Of a stretch of DNA of 64,000 nt, positions 30,158 to 40,434 are shown in pieces. The position numbers and the translations under genes were made by a program. The notes beneath the pieces were generated by a model. That model made no database searches, was not told where the DNA came from, and saw only the letters and a list, made by a program, of their open reading frames with translations. Every line of letters begins with the position of its first letter. Position 1 is the first letter of the stretch. This stretch comes from Alphaproteobacteria bacterium (GTDB lineage: Bacteria; Pseudomonadota; Alphaproteobacteria; Micavibrionales; UBA2020): positions 98,486 through 162,485 of the forward strand of contig JAUXOC010000057.1 of the NCBI GenBank assembly GCA_030682495.1, in the 5' to 3' direction.

Positions 30158-31669
30158 CTATGCATAAGCCTCCGACATCACATCGAGCAATTTCTTTTCA
30201 AGCCCGAACATCCGCGCGCGTTCGTACAAAATCGGGCGCAGCCCGCTGGATTTCTGCTTGCCGGTGATACGGCCAAACTCGTCCTCTCCTTCAAAATCAA
30301 AGCGGAACAGATCCTGCATGGTAACGACTTCACCCTCCATGCCGGTGATTTCCGTGACATGCGTCACTTTGCGCGATCCGTCGCGCAGACGCTGCACCTG
30401 AATAATCACGTTAACGGCAGAGGCAATCTGTTCGCGTACCGCCTGTGTCGGCAGGTTCAGCCCGCCCATGGCGATCATGTTTTCCATCCGCGACAGTGCC
30501 TCGCGCGGGTTGTTGGCGTGGACTGTGCCCATCGATCCGTCGTGACCGGTGTTCATTGCCTGCAAAAGGTCAAAAGCCTCTGGCCCGCGCACCTCGCCGA
30601 CAATAATGCGGTCGGGGCGCATCCGCAGACAGTTTTTGACAAGGTCGCGCATCGTCACCTCGCCGATACCCTCAAGGTTTGGCGGACGGGTTTCAAGACG
30701 CACAACGTGCGGCTGTTGCAATTGCAATTCGCAGGCGTCTTCACAGGTAATAATACGCTCGCCCTGATTGATATAAAGCGTCAGACAGTTGAGCATCGTC
30801 GTTTTGCCCGAGCCTGTACCGCCCGATACCAGCACATTGGCGCGGCAGTTGCCGACGATTTTAATCATCTCGGCGCAATTCGGCGTCATCGCATTAAAAC
30901 CGACCAGCTTATCGAGTGTCAGTTTTTCCTTGGCGAATTTACGGATGGTCATCGTGCAACCATCTACCGCAAGCGGCGGAATAATGACGTTGACGCGCGA
31001 ACCATCGGGCAAGCGCGCATCGCAAATGGGCGACGACTCATCCACGCGGCGGCCAATCACACCGACGATACGCTGGCAGATCGTCAGCAAATGCTGGTTG
31101 TCGCGGAATTCGATGCTGGCGCGCTGGATTTTGCCGTTCAGCTCGATATAAATCGTTTTCGGGCCGTTAATCATGATATCGGCGATGCCGTCCATTTCAA
31201 GCAGCTCTTCGAGCGGGCCGAAGCCCAGCATGTCATCCGCCGCTTCTTTGGCGATCTGCGCCAGCTCGGCCGGTGTCACATCAAGGCCACGGAACTGGCC
31301 GATTTCCTGCACGGCAGAAAGAATCTCGGCGCGTGCCGCCTCCACATCCATGCGGGCGAGAGATTTCAGATCGATACCATCGCGCAAATCCGTCCAGATG
31401 CGTTTACGCGCACGCTCCATCCGCGGGTTGCTGGTGACGGCGGTAGCGGGCGGCGGAGCATCGGCGGGTTTTTCGGCCTTCTTGGCCGCAGGTGCCGCAG
31501 GTTTCGGCGCGGGCACAGGCACAGGCGCATCAGGGGCCTCTGCCGCAGACGGTGATGCCTCGGCCGCGGCGGGCGCATCATCGGTTTGTGTTTCATCCAC
31601 CGGAGACGCCTCTGCCGGTTTCGGCGGTGGTGGTGGCGGTGGGGCGGAGCCTGAGCGTTTGCCGAACAT
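30158..31669 (-). CDS. cpaF: Tad secretion ATPase CpaF/TadA with Pro/Ala-rich N-terminal extension
   Basis: Walker [10 protein letters not shown], Asp/His boxes ([21 protein letters not shown]). The N-terminal ~90 aa are low-complexity P/A/E. Confidence 0.9.
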   Translation of the reverse strand: MFGKRSGSAPPPPPPPKPAEASPVDETQTDDAPAAAEASPSAAEAPDAPVPVPAPKPAAPAAKKAEKPADAPPPATAVTSNPRMERARKRIWTDLRDGIDLKSLARMDVEAARAEILSAVQEIGQFRGLDVTPAELAQIAKEAADDMLGFGPLEELLEMDGIADIMINGPKTIYIELNGKIQRASIEFRDNQHLLTICQRIVGVIGRRVDESSPICDARLPDGSRVNVIIPPLAVDGCTMTIRKFAKEKLTLDKLVGFNAMTPNCAEMIKIVGNCRANVLVSGGTGSGKTTMLNCLTLYINQGERIITCEDACELQLQQPHVVRLETRPPNLEGIGEVTMRDLVKNCLRMRPDRIIVGEVRGPEAFDLLQAMNTGHDGSMGTVHANNPREALSRMENMIAMGGLNLPTQAVREQIASAVNVIIQVQRLRDGSRKVTHVTEITGMEGEVVTMQDLFRFDFEGEDEFGRITGKQKSSGLRPILYERARMFGLEKKLLDVMSEAYA

Positions 31670-31681
31670 TCCGCGCCTCCT

Positions 31682-32908
31682 CTACTTCTTCGTCTTGCCG
31701 AGCGCGCGCAGCAGGCTGAAGCCACCGGATTTTTCATCCGTACCTTCCGCCTGTACACCCGAGGCATGGGCTGCAACAGCGATCAGCGATTTCATGATGT
31801 CCTGCGCAGCGCGGTTTTCGCCTGCCGGCTTGCCGGCGCTTTCGCCCTGCATAAAAATTTTCGGCGCGAAGGGGATTTTGACCACGGGCTGCATATCCAT
31901 CAGTTTATGGATATCCCCCGAAGGAACTTCTTCCGCCCCCGGCATGCCGACGTTGTTCAGCACCAGTTCGACCTGCTGAAGACCGCCGCGCGCATTTTTG
32001 ATTTCGTTCACCAGCGTGCGGCAATTGCGCAGCGCCGCGATATGCGGCGTTGTCACAACCACAACATGCGCCGCGCGCGTAATAAGCCTTTTTTGCACCG
32101 CAGGCGACGCGCCCGACAAATCGGCCACGATGACGGGATAGGTTTTCATGATCCGCTCGAGCATGCCCTCGATAGCGTCGGCATCAGGGCTCTCGACAAG
32201 AATAGGGTCACCGCCCGATACCAGCAGCGACAGGTTTTCCGTCGCTTTCTGGATGATGCGCTTGAGGTCGTCGTCAGAGCCGGAAGTGCCGACCCTTACC
32301 GCATCGGCAAAAGTTGATGCCGGCTCCAAACCGAAAGAAATGCCGATGGTGCCTTTGCTGCCCGCTGCATCGATCAGCATGGTTTTTTGTTTCAGGCTTT
32401 CGGCGATGTCCCAGGCCAGCGCCTGCGCAACAACCGTCGCGCCCACGCCGCCTTTGCTGCCCATGACAGCAACAAGACGGCTGCCGGCCAGGCCGCGTTT
32501 TTCGACCAGTGTGCGGGCGATCATGCCCACCATGTCGTCTTCGCTGACGGGACGCACCAGATAATCGCGTACGCCCATGCCGATAAGGCTGCGATAGAGA
32601 TGCACATCGTTGGTCGGGCCGATGATGACGGCATCCGTGCCTTCGGCGCAGACCTCGGCCAATGCACCGAGCTGCGCGGTGAAAGCTTCGCTGATATCGT
32701 TGGTTTCGATGATGATGAGTTCCGGCGATGCGGCATGTCTGTAACGTTCTACCGCCGTTTCCATCCCGCCGCGGACAACGCCGATCTCCACGCGCGCGAA
32801 ACGCCAATCGGCGGAGATTTTCTCCGCCGTTGCCGCCGTGCCGTCATCCAGCGCGAAAACGTCCACGCGCGAGGCAGGCAAAAGAATGGCGGTGATGTCG
32901 TCGCTCAT
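31682..32908 (-). CDS. cpaE: CpaE/TadZ pilus-localisation ATPase (ParA/MinD-like)
   Basis: Receiver-like N domain followed by a deviant Walker A, MGSKGGVGATVVAQALA. Confidence 0.85.
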   Translation of the reverse strand: MSDDITAILLPASRVDVFALDDGTAATAEKISADWRFARVEIGVVRGGMETAVERYRHAASPELIIIETNDISEAFTAQLGALAEVCAEGTDAVIIGPTNDVHLYRSLIGMGVRDYLVRPVSEDDMVGMIARTLVEKRGLAGSRLVAVMGSKGGVGATVVAQALAWDIAESLKQKTMLIDAAGSKGTIGISFGLEPASTFADAVRVGTSGSDDDLKRIIQKATENLSLLVSGGDPILVESPDADAIEGMLERIMKTYPVIVADLSGASPAVQKRLITRAAHVVVVTTPHIAALRNCRTLVNEIKNARGGLQQVELVLNNVGMPGAEEVPSGDIHKLMDMQPVVKIPFAPKIFMQGESAGKPAGENRAAQDIMKSLIAVAAHASGVQAEGTDEKSGGFSLLRALGKTKK

Positions 32909-32914
32909 GCCTGA

Positions 32915-33574
32915 CTACCTCCCGATACTGCTGGCGCTGGTGGTGTCAAGCGGCTCCATACCTTCGCCGGACATATAGCGTTCGGACACAGTGCCCTGAC
33001 GGCGGCTGTCGCCGGCTTCGCTGCCGTCACGCCCCTTGAGATCTTCGGGGTTGACGATCATCTTGCTGAAAGCTGTGCGCGTTTCGCAGCCGATGCGGTA
33101 TTTATGCAGGTCTTCGAGCGTATCGCCGCCCTGATAGCCCGTCAGCCGCTGCCCGCAACCAACCGGCGGCAGCGCGACAAGGACGGTATAGCTGACCACA
33201 GCGCGCTCCAGCAGCGCTGCATCGGTCATGCCGACGTATTCGACCTTCACGGCCTGTGCGCCGCCCTTGATGAAAGCAGATTGCCATTCTTTGCCGAGGC
33301 GGCGCGCCTGCGTTTCGTGCAGCGGATCGCCGCTGCGATACGGCATGACCAGATGCATGTCGCCACGGCCATTGTCGCGGAAATCGGCGGCAATGCGGCG
33401 GGCGGCGGTGGCATCGGGTTTTGCGGCGGGCAGCGCGACGCTGCGGGTTTCTTCGGACAGGCGCATATGGCCGGTTTCAAGCTGTGACGGTACGCTCATG
33501 TCGCAAGCGGCAAGGCCGAGCGTCAAACCGGCGGCACAAAACAGGCGAAACAGGCGGTGGATGATAGCGGTCAT
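32915..33574 (-). CDS. cpaD: CpaD-like pilus assembly lipoprotein
   Basis: Lipobox LGLAACD. Position between cpaC and cpaE, with CpaD-like size. Confidence 0.7.
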   Translation of the reverse strand: MTAIIHRLFRLFCAAGLTLGLAACDMSVPSQLETGHMRLSEETRSVALPAAKPDATAARRIAADFRDNGRGDMHLVMPYRSGDPLHETQARRLGKEWQSAFIKGGAQAVKVEYVGMTDAALLERAVVSYTVLVALPPVGCGQRLTGYQGGDTLEDLHKYRIGCETRTAFSKMIVNPEDLKGRDGSEAGDSRRQGTVSERYMSGEGMEPLDTTSASSIGR

Positions 33575-33585
33575 AAGAACTCTCC

Positions 33586-35067
33586 CTAATCCACAATATA
33601 GCCGTAAGCGCCGCCGTTGCCTACCTTCGCGGGCACGCGGTTGCCATAAACGGTGCGCAGGTTGTTCATGAAGCGTTGCGACAGGGCACGCTCGACCGCC
33701 GGCTGCGGGCGCGCGGCCTGCGCCGGAGCGGAAACCGGCGTCACACGCGCCTCACCGTCCAGCTTGGGCGCGACCGGCGGCGATGTTGGCGGCGTCGCCA
33801 TACGTGCTTCACGCTGCATCGGCTGCTCCATAAAGGCTTCCGCCTCTGCATAGGGCTTCACAATATAGGGTGTGACCAGAATAATAAGTTCGCTTTCGTT
33901 GCGGGCGAATGATTTGGATTTGAAAAGCTCGCCCAGCACCGGCACGTTTTTCGCACCCGGCAGACCGTTGATGGAATCCAGCGTGTCGGATTTAATCAAA
34001 CCTGCAATCATCAGTGTGCCGCCGCTACCCATCTGTACCGTCGTTTCGGCGCGGCGCACCGTCAGACCCGGCACCGTGATGCCGACCAGCGTTATGCCGT
34101 CTTCAGCCGATTTCGCCGAGACTTCGGTCGACAGTTGCAGCGCGATACGTTCGTTCGACATGACCGTGGGCGTAAAGTTCAGCGCGACACCAAATTGCTT
34201 GAATTCCAGCGTCACGTTGCCGTCCTGATCGCGGCCGACCGGCACGGGGAATTCACCGCCGGCCAGAAAGCCCGCGGTTTCACCAGAAATCGCCGTCAGG
34301 TTCGGCTCGGCCAGCGTATTGACAAGACCGTCACGCTCCATCGCTGCCAGATCAAAGTTAAAAGGCCCGAAACCGCCCGTGGGGTTCATCACCAGCGCGC
34401 CCGTTGCAAACGGCGCCGTCACCAGCCCTGTGCCAATCGACGTCAGGCCACCCGAGGCCGCGCCCTTGTTGAAGTTAAACTGGGTATCGAGGCCGTATTC
34501 ACGCAGCACGGCACGTTTTGCTTCCAGCACCTTGACGCGCAGCATCACCTGCTGTTCGCCGCGTACCGTCATCAGATCGACAATCGGGCGGTCGGTGCCA
34601 GAGGCAAAGCGTGATGCCAGATCGCGGATCTGGTTTGAAACCGCAGGCGTAGAAACCTGCCCGCGCAGCACGATATCCTGCCGCACGGTGCTGACCTGAA
34701 TGGTTTCGGCCGGAAAGAGTTCTTTGACTGCATCGCGCAGCGTTTTTTCGTCCACGCGCACACGCACCGCGATATCGGCGAGCTGATTGCCTTCGTTGTC
34801 AAAAGCGAGAATGTTGGTATCGCCTATTTCTTTGCCCACAATATACAAGCGGTTGGAGCGCAGCGTGCCCACATCGGCCACTGCGGGGTTGGCGACCAGA
34901 ACATCCGCCACCGGTTGACCCAGATCGATGGTATCGGCCTTGCCCATGGTCAGCGTCACCGTACGCGTCATTTTTGTTGCGCCCTCGGCAATTGCGGAAA
35001 CCCCAAGACAGAGCGTAATGCCCAGCGGGATCAGCAACATCCTGGAGAGGAAATGTTTCATGTTCAT
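33586..35067 (-). CDS. cpaC: Tad secretin CpaC/RcpA
   Basis: Signal peptide, N-terminal pilus-formation domain, secretin core (LAEPNLTAISGETAGFLAGGEFPV...GLPGAKNVPVLGELFKS) and a GYIVD C-terminus. Confidence 0.9.
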   Translation of the reverse strand: MNMKHFLSRMLLIPLGITLCLGVSAIAEGATKMTRTVTLTMGKADTIDLGQPVADVLVANPAVADVGTLRSNRLYIVGKEIGDTNILAFDNEGNQLADIAVRVRVDEKTLRDAVKELFPAETIQVSTVRQDIVLRGQVSTPAVSNQIRDLASRFASGTDRPIVDLMTVRGEQQVMLRVKVLEAKRAVLREYGLDTQFNFNKGAASGGLTSIGTGLVTAPFATGALVMNPTGGFGPFNFDLAAMERDGLVNTLAEPNLTAISGETAGFLAGGEFPVPVGRDQDGNVTLEFKQFGVALNFTPTVMSNERIALQLSTEVSAKSAEDGITLVGITVPGLTVRRAETTVQMGSGGTLMIAGLIKSDTLDSINGLPGAKNVPVLGELFKSKSFARNESELIILVTPYIVKPYAEAEAFMEQPMQREARMATPPTSPPVAPKLDGEARVTPVSAPAQAARPQPAVERALSQRFMNNLRTVYGNRVPAKVGNGGAYGYIVD

Positions 35068-35954
35068 TCTCCTGCACTTTCGGCGTCAACGCGGACGGGT
35101 ACATTTATGACCTGAGAGCCGCTATACATACGGATCGTACCGCCGGCGTTTTTGGTTTTACGATTAAGCTCGTTAATTCTTTTGACGACCGCGCTGGTGG
35201 TGGCGTCGGTGGTCAGCGGCACGGCCACAGACACGGGGGTGTCTTTTTCACCGATGCGGCGCAGCGCAAGGCTCAGCTCACCCATGCGATCGGTCAGCGC
35301 AATAATCTGCGCGCCTTCCTGCGTGACTTCAAGCGTGACAGTCTTGGCGATCTTGGCCGGGCGGTCTTCGTCTTTTGCATTCTGGTCGACAGCAAGAACC
35401 TTCACATTGCTGAGGATCGTCTGGCTGGCAAAGCGGCGTACAACCTGATCGGAGACTTCATCTTCGACGTTCGGCAAGTTCGGTGTATAGGACAGAATGA
35501 CATCGACATGATCGCCCGGCGCCATGAAGCCGCCGGCCATCGTGCTGGCCTTGACGGAAATGGCCACGGCACGCATGCCGGGGGAGATACGGGCAGAGAG
35601 AAAATTGTTGCCCACGCGCACATCCGGCACCAGCGCCTGACGCGTGATCGGCTCGCCCGATTCAATCGCGCGGCGCACGGGGGATTTCAGCACATCCAGT
35701 TTATCGATATCGGGTTTTTCGGCCGTCTTGCGGATGACGCCTTTGAACGCGCCGCTCTCGGGCCATGATTGCCAGCGCACATCGGCCGCTTTCAGCGTAT
35801 CGCCGACAAGGATCGGCTTATTCGCCACGAGGATTTCAACCGTCTTGGGCGCAGGCGCGCCGCCCTTCGGCGACAGTTTCGACTGCACGATCAGCGCCAC
35901 CGTGATTGCCACGATCATCGCGCCGCCCATAACCATTAAAACACTTTTGTTCAT
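35064..35954 (-). CDS. cpaB: Flp pilus assembly protein CpaB/RcpC
   Basis: N-terminal TM followed by SAF-like and RcpC regions. 4-nt overlap with cpaC. Confidence 0.85.
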   Translation of the reverse strand: MNKSVLMVMGGAMIVAITVALIVQSKLSPKGGAPAPKTVEILVANKPILVGDTLKAADVRWQSWPESGAFKGVIRKTAEKPDIDKLDVLKSPVRRAIESGEPITRQALVPDVRVGNNFLSARISPGMRAVAISVKASTMAGGFMAPGDHVDVILSYTPNLPNVEDEVSDQVVRRFASQTILSNVKVLAVDQNAKDEDRPAKIAKTVTLEVTQEGAQIIALTDRMGELSLALRRIGEKDTPVSVAVPLTTDATTSAVVKRINELNRKTKNAGGTIRMYSGSQVINVPVRVDAESAGE

Positions 35955-36046
35955 GTTAAAAACTCCCCGAAAGCACGCGCTTTCTCTTCCCCGTTTCTAT
36001 TCTTGCACGGAAACACCCCATTGTGTCCAGAAAAAACTGAATGTTT

Positions 36047-36571
36047 CTAATGAATTATTTTAATTAGTTCATCTATTTGATGAAAAATGAATCCATTATG
36101 TAACATCGCGCCCCAAGCGCCTGTTGTTATGGCAATACCATAGGGCACGGCATTGCCGCCGCCCTGCACGGTTGCTACCCAGCTGCCTTCGCGCGGGTTT
36201 TTAAACGGCTTGCGCTTCTTTAAAAACAGCGATGCAACACCCAGCAAGCCCCCAACAATCGCCATATACATCACATAGGCCATCAGTCCCGGCAAACCTA
36301 CCCAGAGCGCCAGCGCCGCCCCCAGTTTGGCATCGCCCGCACCCAGCATGTTGAAGGCGAACATCACATAGGTAATGACCAGAAACACCCCGCCCGCCGC
36401 AAAGGGATGCCACCAGACGCCAAAGGAAGACGGAGACAGCGCAAAAGCCACGGCGAAGCTGCCCAGCACGATGAGCACATAGGTATTCGGAATACGCAGG
36501 CGCTGCACATCGCTGATACAGCTCAGCAGCGTGGTCGCCAGCATAAGACATGTCAAAAGCGCAACGATCAT
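36047..36571 (-). CDS. cpaA: Prepilin peptidase CpaA/TadV
   Basis: 174-aa polytopic A24-family protein with two Asp motifs (SDVQRLRIPN and GAGDAKL). Confidence 0.85.
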   Translation of the reverse strand: MIVALLTCLMLATTLLSCISDVQRLRIPNTYVLIVLGSFAVAFALSPSSFGVWWHPFAAGGVFLVITYVMFAFNMLGAGDAKLGAALALWVGLPGLMAYVMYMAIVGGLLGVASLFLKKRKPFKNPREGSWVATVQGGGNAVPYGIAITTGAWGAMLHNGFIFHQIDELIKIIH

Positions 36572-36624
36572 GAAACCCAGTATAGAAGAAAAAAGATTAC
36601 TGCGGCGTTAAGCCCGCAGCAACA

Positions 36625-36813
36625 TCAGGACATCGACTCGCGACCCTGAATAAAACCGATGATGTCATCGGTCATCTCGACCAGCTCATCACCCATTGTA
36701 AAGACAACCGCGACAATCGCCAACGTGAAGGCCGCCACCATCAGCGCGTATTCGATGGCTGTCGCCCCGCGGCGGTCTTTGATAAAAAGGCTGAGAAAAC
36801 GCGGCGCTCTCAT
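36625..36813 (-). CDS. flp: Flp-family type IVb pilin (copy 2)
   Basis: Flp motif RRG/ATAIEYALMVAAFTLAIVAV. Confidence 0.85.
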   Translation of the reverse strand: MRAPRFLSLFIKDRRGATAIEYALMVAAFTLAIVAVVFTMGDELVEMTDDIIGFIQGRESMS

Positions 36814-36835
36814 CCCTGTCGGATCCTTTTTAAAA

Positions 36836-36871
36836 AGAAGCCCGCCATTGCGGCGGGCTTCTGTTTTCTGC
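36836..36871 (-). terminator. Rho-independent terminator between the two flp genes
   Basis: On the minus strand: GAAGCCCGCC-GCAAT-GGCGGGCTTC followed by TTTTT. Confidence 0.7.
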
Positions 36872-36887
36872 GCGGAAAGCCGGAGGA

Positions 36888-37082
36888 TTAATCCATCGAC
36901 TCACGTGCGGAGATCTTGTCTTCGGCTTCCTGGAACATCTCGCGAAGCTCGGTACCGAAGGTGAAGACGACGGCCGCAATGGCAACAGCAATACCAGCCG
37001 CAATCAGACCGTATTCAATGGCCGTCGCGCCCTTTTCAGAACGAACGAACGACTCTTTCATAGCCCATAATTTCAACAGCAT
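36888..37082 (-). CDS. flp: Flp-family type IVb pilin (copy 1, likely major pilin)
   Basis: Flp motif EKG/ATAIEYGLIAAGIAVAIAAV. Start at ATG 37082 preceded by GGAGGG; ATG 37094 and 37061 are alternatives. Confidence 0.85.
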   Translation of the reverse strand: MLLKLWAMKESFVRSEKGATAIEYGLIAAGIAVAIAAVVFTFGTELREMFQEAEDKISARESMD

Positions 37083-37353
37083 TTTTCCCTCCATGGAACG
37101 TTTGTTTTAAATGTGAACCCTAGACCCTATAGTTCTATCCTATGCCCGTATGCCTTAAGATTCGGTAAATCGGCCACCCTGCTTTAGTTAATTTTACCAG
37201 CGTGAAAGATTTTTTCCAGCTACGTGCCTCAACATCAAGTAAAGCATCTCTGCCGTAAAAGTAAATTGGATTTTATCTATTTGCAAACAGAGCCTAGACA
37301 GGCGTGATATCTTTTCAGCGTCAAGTTTATACCTGCCATTACTTGTTTGCAGC

Positions 37354-38694
37354 CTATTTAACGATATGCAGCTGGCTGAGCTGGTTGGCAATATTCTCGA
37401 AGGCCGAAATCAAATCCTGGTTACTCGGCGCGTTAAAATACTTGCTGGGGTCGGATGCGCACTGGCGAAACAGTTCACGCGTGGCATTATTGATACCAGA
37501 CTGGAACGTAATCGTATAAAGCGTCACACCCGCATCCTTGGCGCTCTGGCATACCGTCATCATACGTGTATTCAACTGCGCTGCAGTAATACCGGGATTT
37601 GCGCCGTAGGCAGAGTATGCGTTCAGAGGAACGTTATCTCCGTCAGTCATCAGAATGATCGTCTTGCTCCAATCCGGATCGCCATATTCAGACCCCTGCG
37701 TAAACGGAGGGGTAGGCGATAATACCCGCCAGCCCCAAACAAGCCCGACGTTAATATAAGTATTGCCAGTGGCCGCAAGTCCGTTGATTGCCGTTTGCAG
37801 GGTATTCTGATTATTGGTCAAAGGCACGATACGGTTGACCGTGCAACCGGTATTGGGGTTGTTGTTGCTATATGTACGGCAAGTACCGTCGCTATTGAAC
37901 TGGCTGCATATTCGCGGATAGCGGTACATGCCCCAATTGGGCGTTTCATCGTCACGGGTATCAAGCGGCGATGCCCGCTCCAGAATACAGCCGCGCCAGT
38001 CTGTCGTCGTACCTGTGGTGCCGTTGTTATAAACAATCGATGCAGGGTTTTTATAGGGATCGGTCGTCGGCCAGTTCACAAAACCAGCGCCCACGGCGCC
38101 GACGTTAACCGAAGCGCTGAACGGCACAATCCCGATTTTCAGATATTCCGGATCGCTGATACGGCTGAACATGATGTTAAGAAAGTTTGTAGAAGCCGTC
38201 CGCAGCGCGGTGATGTTGTTCCCCGCCATCGAGCCGGTCACATCGAGCACCAGTGCAACTTCCACTCCCGCCAGCTCCCGCTTGACGATCGTTTCCTGAT
38301 AAACGTCGATGTAGTCGTGGCCGAAAATACGCATGAATGTGGTCGGCACACGTGCGCTAGCGGTGACGCGAACGTTACCGTCACCGAAGGTAACCTCGAC
38401 GTTATATGTCTCTCCAAGGCGATCTTCCTGATAATTCGCATCGATAAATCGCTGCACTTGCAGTTCAATATCGCTAAGCGATCCCGTGGTGCTGCCTGCT
38501 GCCAGCGCCGCCTTGTCAACGGCATTGGCAAGGCGGGTTTTGATGTTATAGGCCTGGGCAAGGTCGACAGAGACACCGGCGGCGGCGACAAACATCGGCA
38601 TCGACAACGCAAAGATAATCGCCGTCGCCGCGGTGGTTTGTACCGTGAAACGGCGGCATCCATATGATATTCTGCGCATCCAGCCTGTTTTCAT
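37354..38694 (-). CDS. tadG: TadG-like pseudopilin with von Willebrand A domain
   Basis: TadE/G-like hydrophobic N-terminus (TAATAIIFALSMPMFVAAAG) and VWA MIDAS start VALVLDVTGSMAG. Start set at ATG 38694, just after the upstream stop. Confidence 0.8.
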   Translation of the reverse strand: MKTGWMRRISYGCRRFTVQTTAATAIIFALSMPMFVAAAGVSVDLAQAYNIKTRLANAVDKAALAAGSTTGSLSDIELQVQRFIDANYQEDRLGETYNVEVTFGDGNVRVTASARVPTTFMRIFGHDYIDVYQETIVKRELAGVEVALVLDVTGSMAGNNITALRTASTNFLNIMFSRISDPEYLKIGIVPFSASVNVGAVGAGFVNWPTTDPYKNPASIVYNNGTTGTTTDWRGCILERASPLDTRDDETPNWGMYRYPRICSQFNSDGTCRTYSNNNPNTGCTVNRIVPLTNNQNTLQTAINGLAATGNTYINVGLVWGWRVLSPTPPFTQGSEYGDPDWSKTIILMTDGDNVPLNAYSAYGANPGITAAQLNTRMMTVCQSAKDAGVTLYTITFQSGINNATRELFRQCASDPSKYFNAPSNQDLISAFENIANQLSQLHIVK

Positions 38695-38698
38695 GATG

Positions 38699-39250
38699 TT
38701 ATTCCCTTTCCACAAACAGGCCTTTGCGGCCGCGCACATATGCCTCTTCACTCATGCTGACATTACCCATGATATAACCGGCAAAAAACGGTTTGAATGT
38801 ATAATTGACTGTCACAGCCACAACACCTTCGTTTTGCAATCCCAGCCCCACACTGCGGGCCAAGACATCATCGTTTTCATCCATGTTGACGGTTTCACGC
38901 CAGCGTACTGTCGGCGTCCGCGCCACACCTACGTATTGTATGCCGACAATGTCCACGCCATAGCTTTCCGTCTTATAGGGGTTCAGAGCCAGCCGCCCCG
39001 CTATGACGGCATCGTCAATTTGCGCATCATTCGTAAAACGGTCACGCGCCAAAAGATCTGCAACGATCTGGCATGAATTGGTGACCTTAAGGTTGGCCAC
39101 AAGCGCTGCCCCGACATCGATCATGCCGCATAGAATCGTCATCAGGACAGGAAACAAGAATCCTGCTTCAATCGCGGCCACACCGCCATCATCACGCAGA
39201 CATTTTTTGGCAAGTCGGGAGCTAAACAGGTGGCGGAGTTTCATTTTCAC
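38699..39250 (-). CDS. TadE/TadF-like pseudopilin
   Basis: N-terminal GVAAIEAGFLFPVLMTILCGMID motif. ATGA overlap with the upstream gene. Confidence 0.8.
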   Translation of the reverse strand: MKMKLRHLFSSRLAKKCLRDDGGVAAIEAGFLFPVLMTILCGMIDVGAALVANLKVTNSCQIVADLLARDRFTNDAQIDDAVIAGRLALNPYKTESYGVDIVGIQYVGVARTPTVRWRETVNMDENDDVLARSVGLGLQNEGVVAVTVNYTFKPFFAGYIMGNVSMSEEAYVRGRKGLFVERE

Positions 39251-39783
39251 TCCTCCCCAAAGTTATAAGGTTCGGCCTTGATAACCGACAGGGACGTATG
39301 CATCGACCAGTTGCGCCCCGGATCACCGGTGATCAAGCTACCCAGAAACGGCGTCAGAAACTCATAGCGGTAGACCGTACGCACCATGATGACGTCATTG
39401 GAATTTCCCGTTGAAAACGGCGAGGGTACAAGATTGCCATCATCGTCGAACTCCGGTTCATAGTTTTCTGCGCCGGCAAAGGTGTTATCGTCAAGGCGGA
39501 TAACTTCGTATTGCATCCGGTCACAGGGAATCATCGTACGCACATGGTCACATAGCGCCACGCGGAATGTTTCTTCGGGATCTTCCGACAGTTGCGCCTG
39601 GCCGGTGCGCAGCAGGCGCGATGCCGCCGCTGATCCGCCCTCCAGCGCCGTGCCTGCGGCGAAGTACATCGAAATTTCAAGGATCCCGACAATCATCAAA
39701 AAAAACGGTGTGGCAATCAACGCGAATTCAACCGCGGCCACGCCATCTTCCCTGCGGCGCCATCTGTGAAAATGTCTAAACAT
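39247..39783 (-). CDS. tadE: TadE-like pseudopilin
   Basis: N-terminal GVAAVEFALIATPFFLMIVGILE motif. Start set at ATG 39783. Confidence 0.8.
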   Translation of the reverse strand: MFRHFHRWRRREDGVAAVEFALIATPFFLMIVGILEISMYFAAGTALEGGSAAASRLLRTGQAQLSEDPEETFRVALCDHVRTMIPCDRMQYEVIRLDDNTFAGAENYEPEFDDDGNLVPSPFSTGNSNDVIMVRTVYRYEFLTPFLGSLITGDPGRNWSMHTSLSVIKAEPYNFGEE

Positions 39784-39943
39784 CGTTTCAGCCCCTGAAA
39801 CAGTCCCCCGCCCGTCTTGCCATGCGTTGCGCACACGGATATGCGGGCATTCCTACCGTCCCTTGCTCCATTCTACGCCCGCGGGCTTTAAAAACAGGTT
39901 AATGGCCGCCAAATAAGCCTTAAATATCAAAAATATGCCCCCT

Positions 39944-40432
39944 TTAACCTAAAGACTGTGGCGGTTGTTTGGGGGCCTCGGCCGCGATCTGCGGACCCCA
40001 TTTGCGTATCATATCCTGCTGCCGGCGGTCGATATCGACCAGACGTTTCTGTCCGCGTTTGACCAAAACGCCCGAGACGACACCCGGCACCTGAAAATAA
40101 ATCACCCAGCCGCAAGCCGCCGCCGCATAAGCGAACAAAAGCGTTTGCGGTTGGAGCAGGAGCGCAAGGGCATGGTCGATACGTCCGCCCATTTCCCAAA
40201 GATCCAGCAGCGCCGGTACCGTGCCCGCAAGATTCATCGCCCCCACGGTCAGACCCGCGGTTCTGTCCGGTTTGTTGTCGATCAGCGCCGCCACGAAAGC
40301 CGGCAGCATGCAGCCACAGAACAAAACAGTCGTCGGGTAAAACAGCATCGCCGTGACCATCAGGCAGAAAATCGCCACACGGACGGAGAAAGGCATACGC
40401 TGCGGGTTGTTTTTTTGAACCGTGCCCGACAT
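39944..40432 (-). CDS. Small polytopic membrane protein, unknown function
   Basis: About 162 aa with about 4 hydrophobic helices and a basic C-terminal tail. ATG 40432 lies 2 nt after the upstream TGA, with a GGAG 6 nt upstream. Confidence 0.6.
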   Translation of the reverse strand: MSGTVQKNNPQRMPFSVRVAIFCLMVTAMLFYPTTVLFCGCMLPAFVAALIDNKPDRTAGLTVGAMNLAGTVPALLDLWEMGGRIDHALALLLQPQTLLFAYAAAACGWVIYFQVPGVVSGVLVKRGQKRLVDIDRRQQDMIRKWGPQIAAEAPKQPPQSLG

Positions 40433-40434
40433 TT

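Noticed and set aside
37194-37391. 65-aa minus-strand ORF in the AT-rich region upstream of the flp genes (also 37304-37519 on the plus strand).
   Set aside because: It has no RBS and no motif, and it lies in what is most likely the flp promoter and 5' UTR region.
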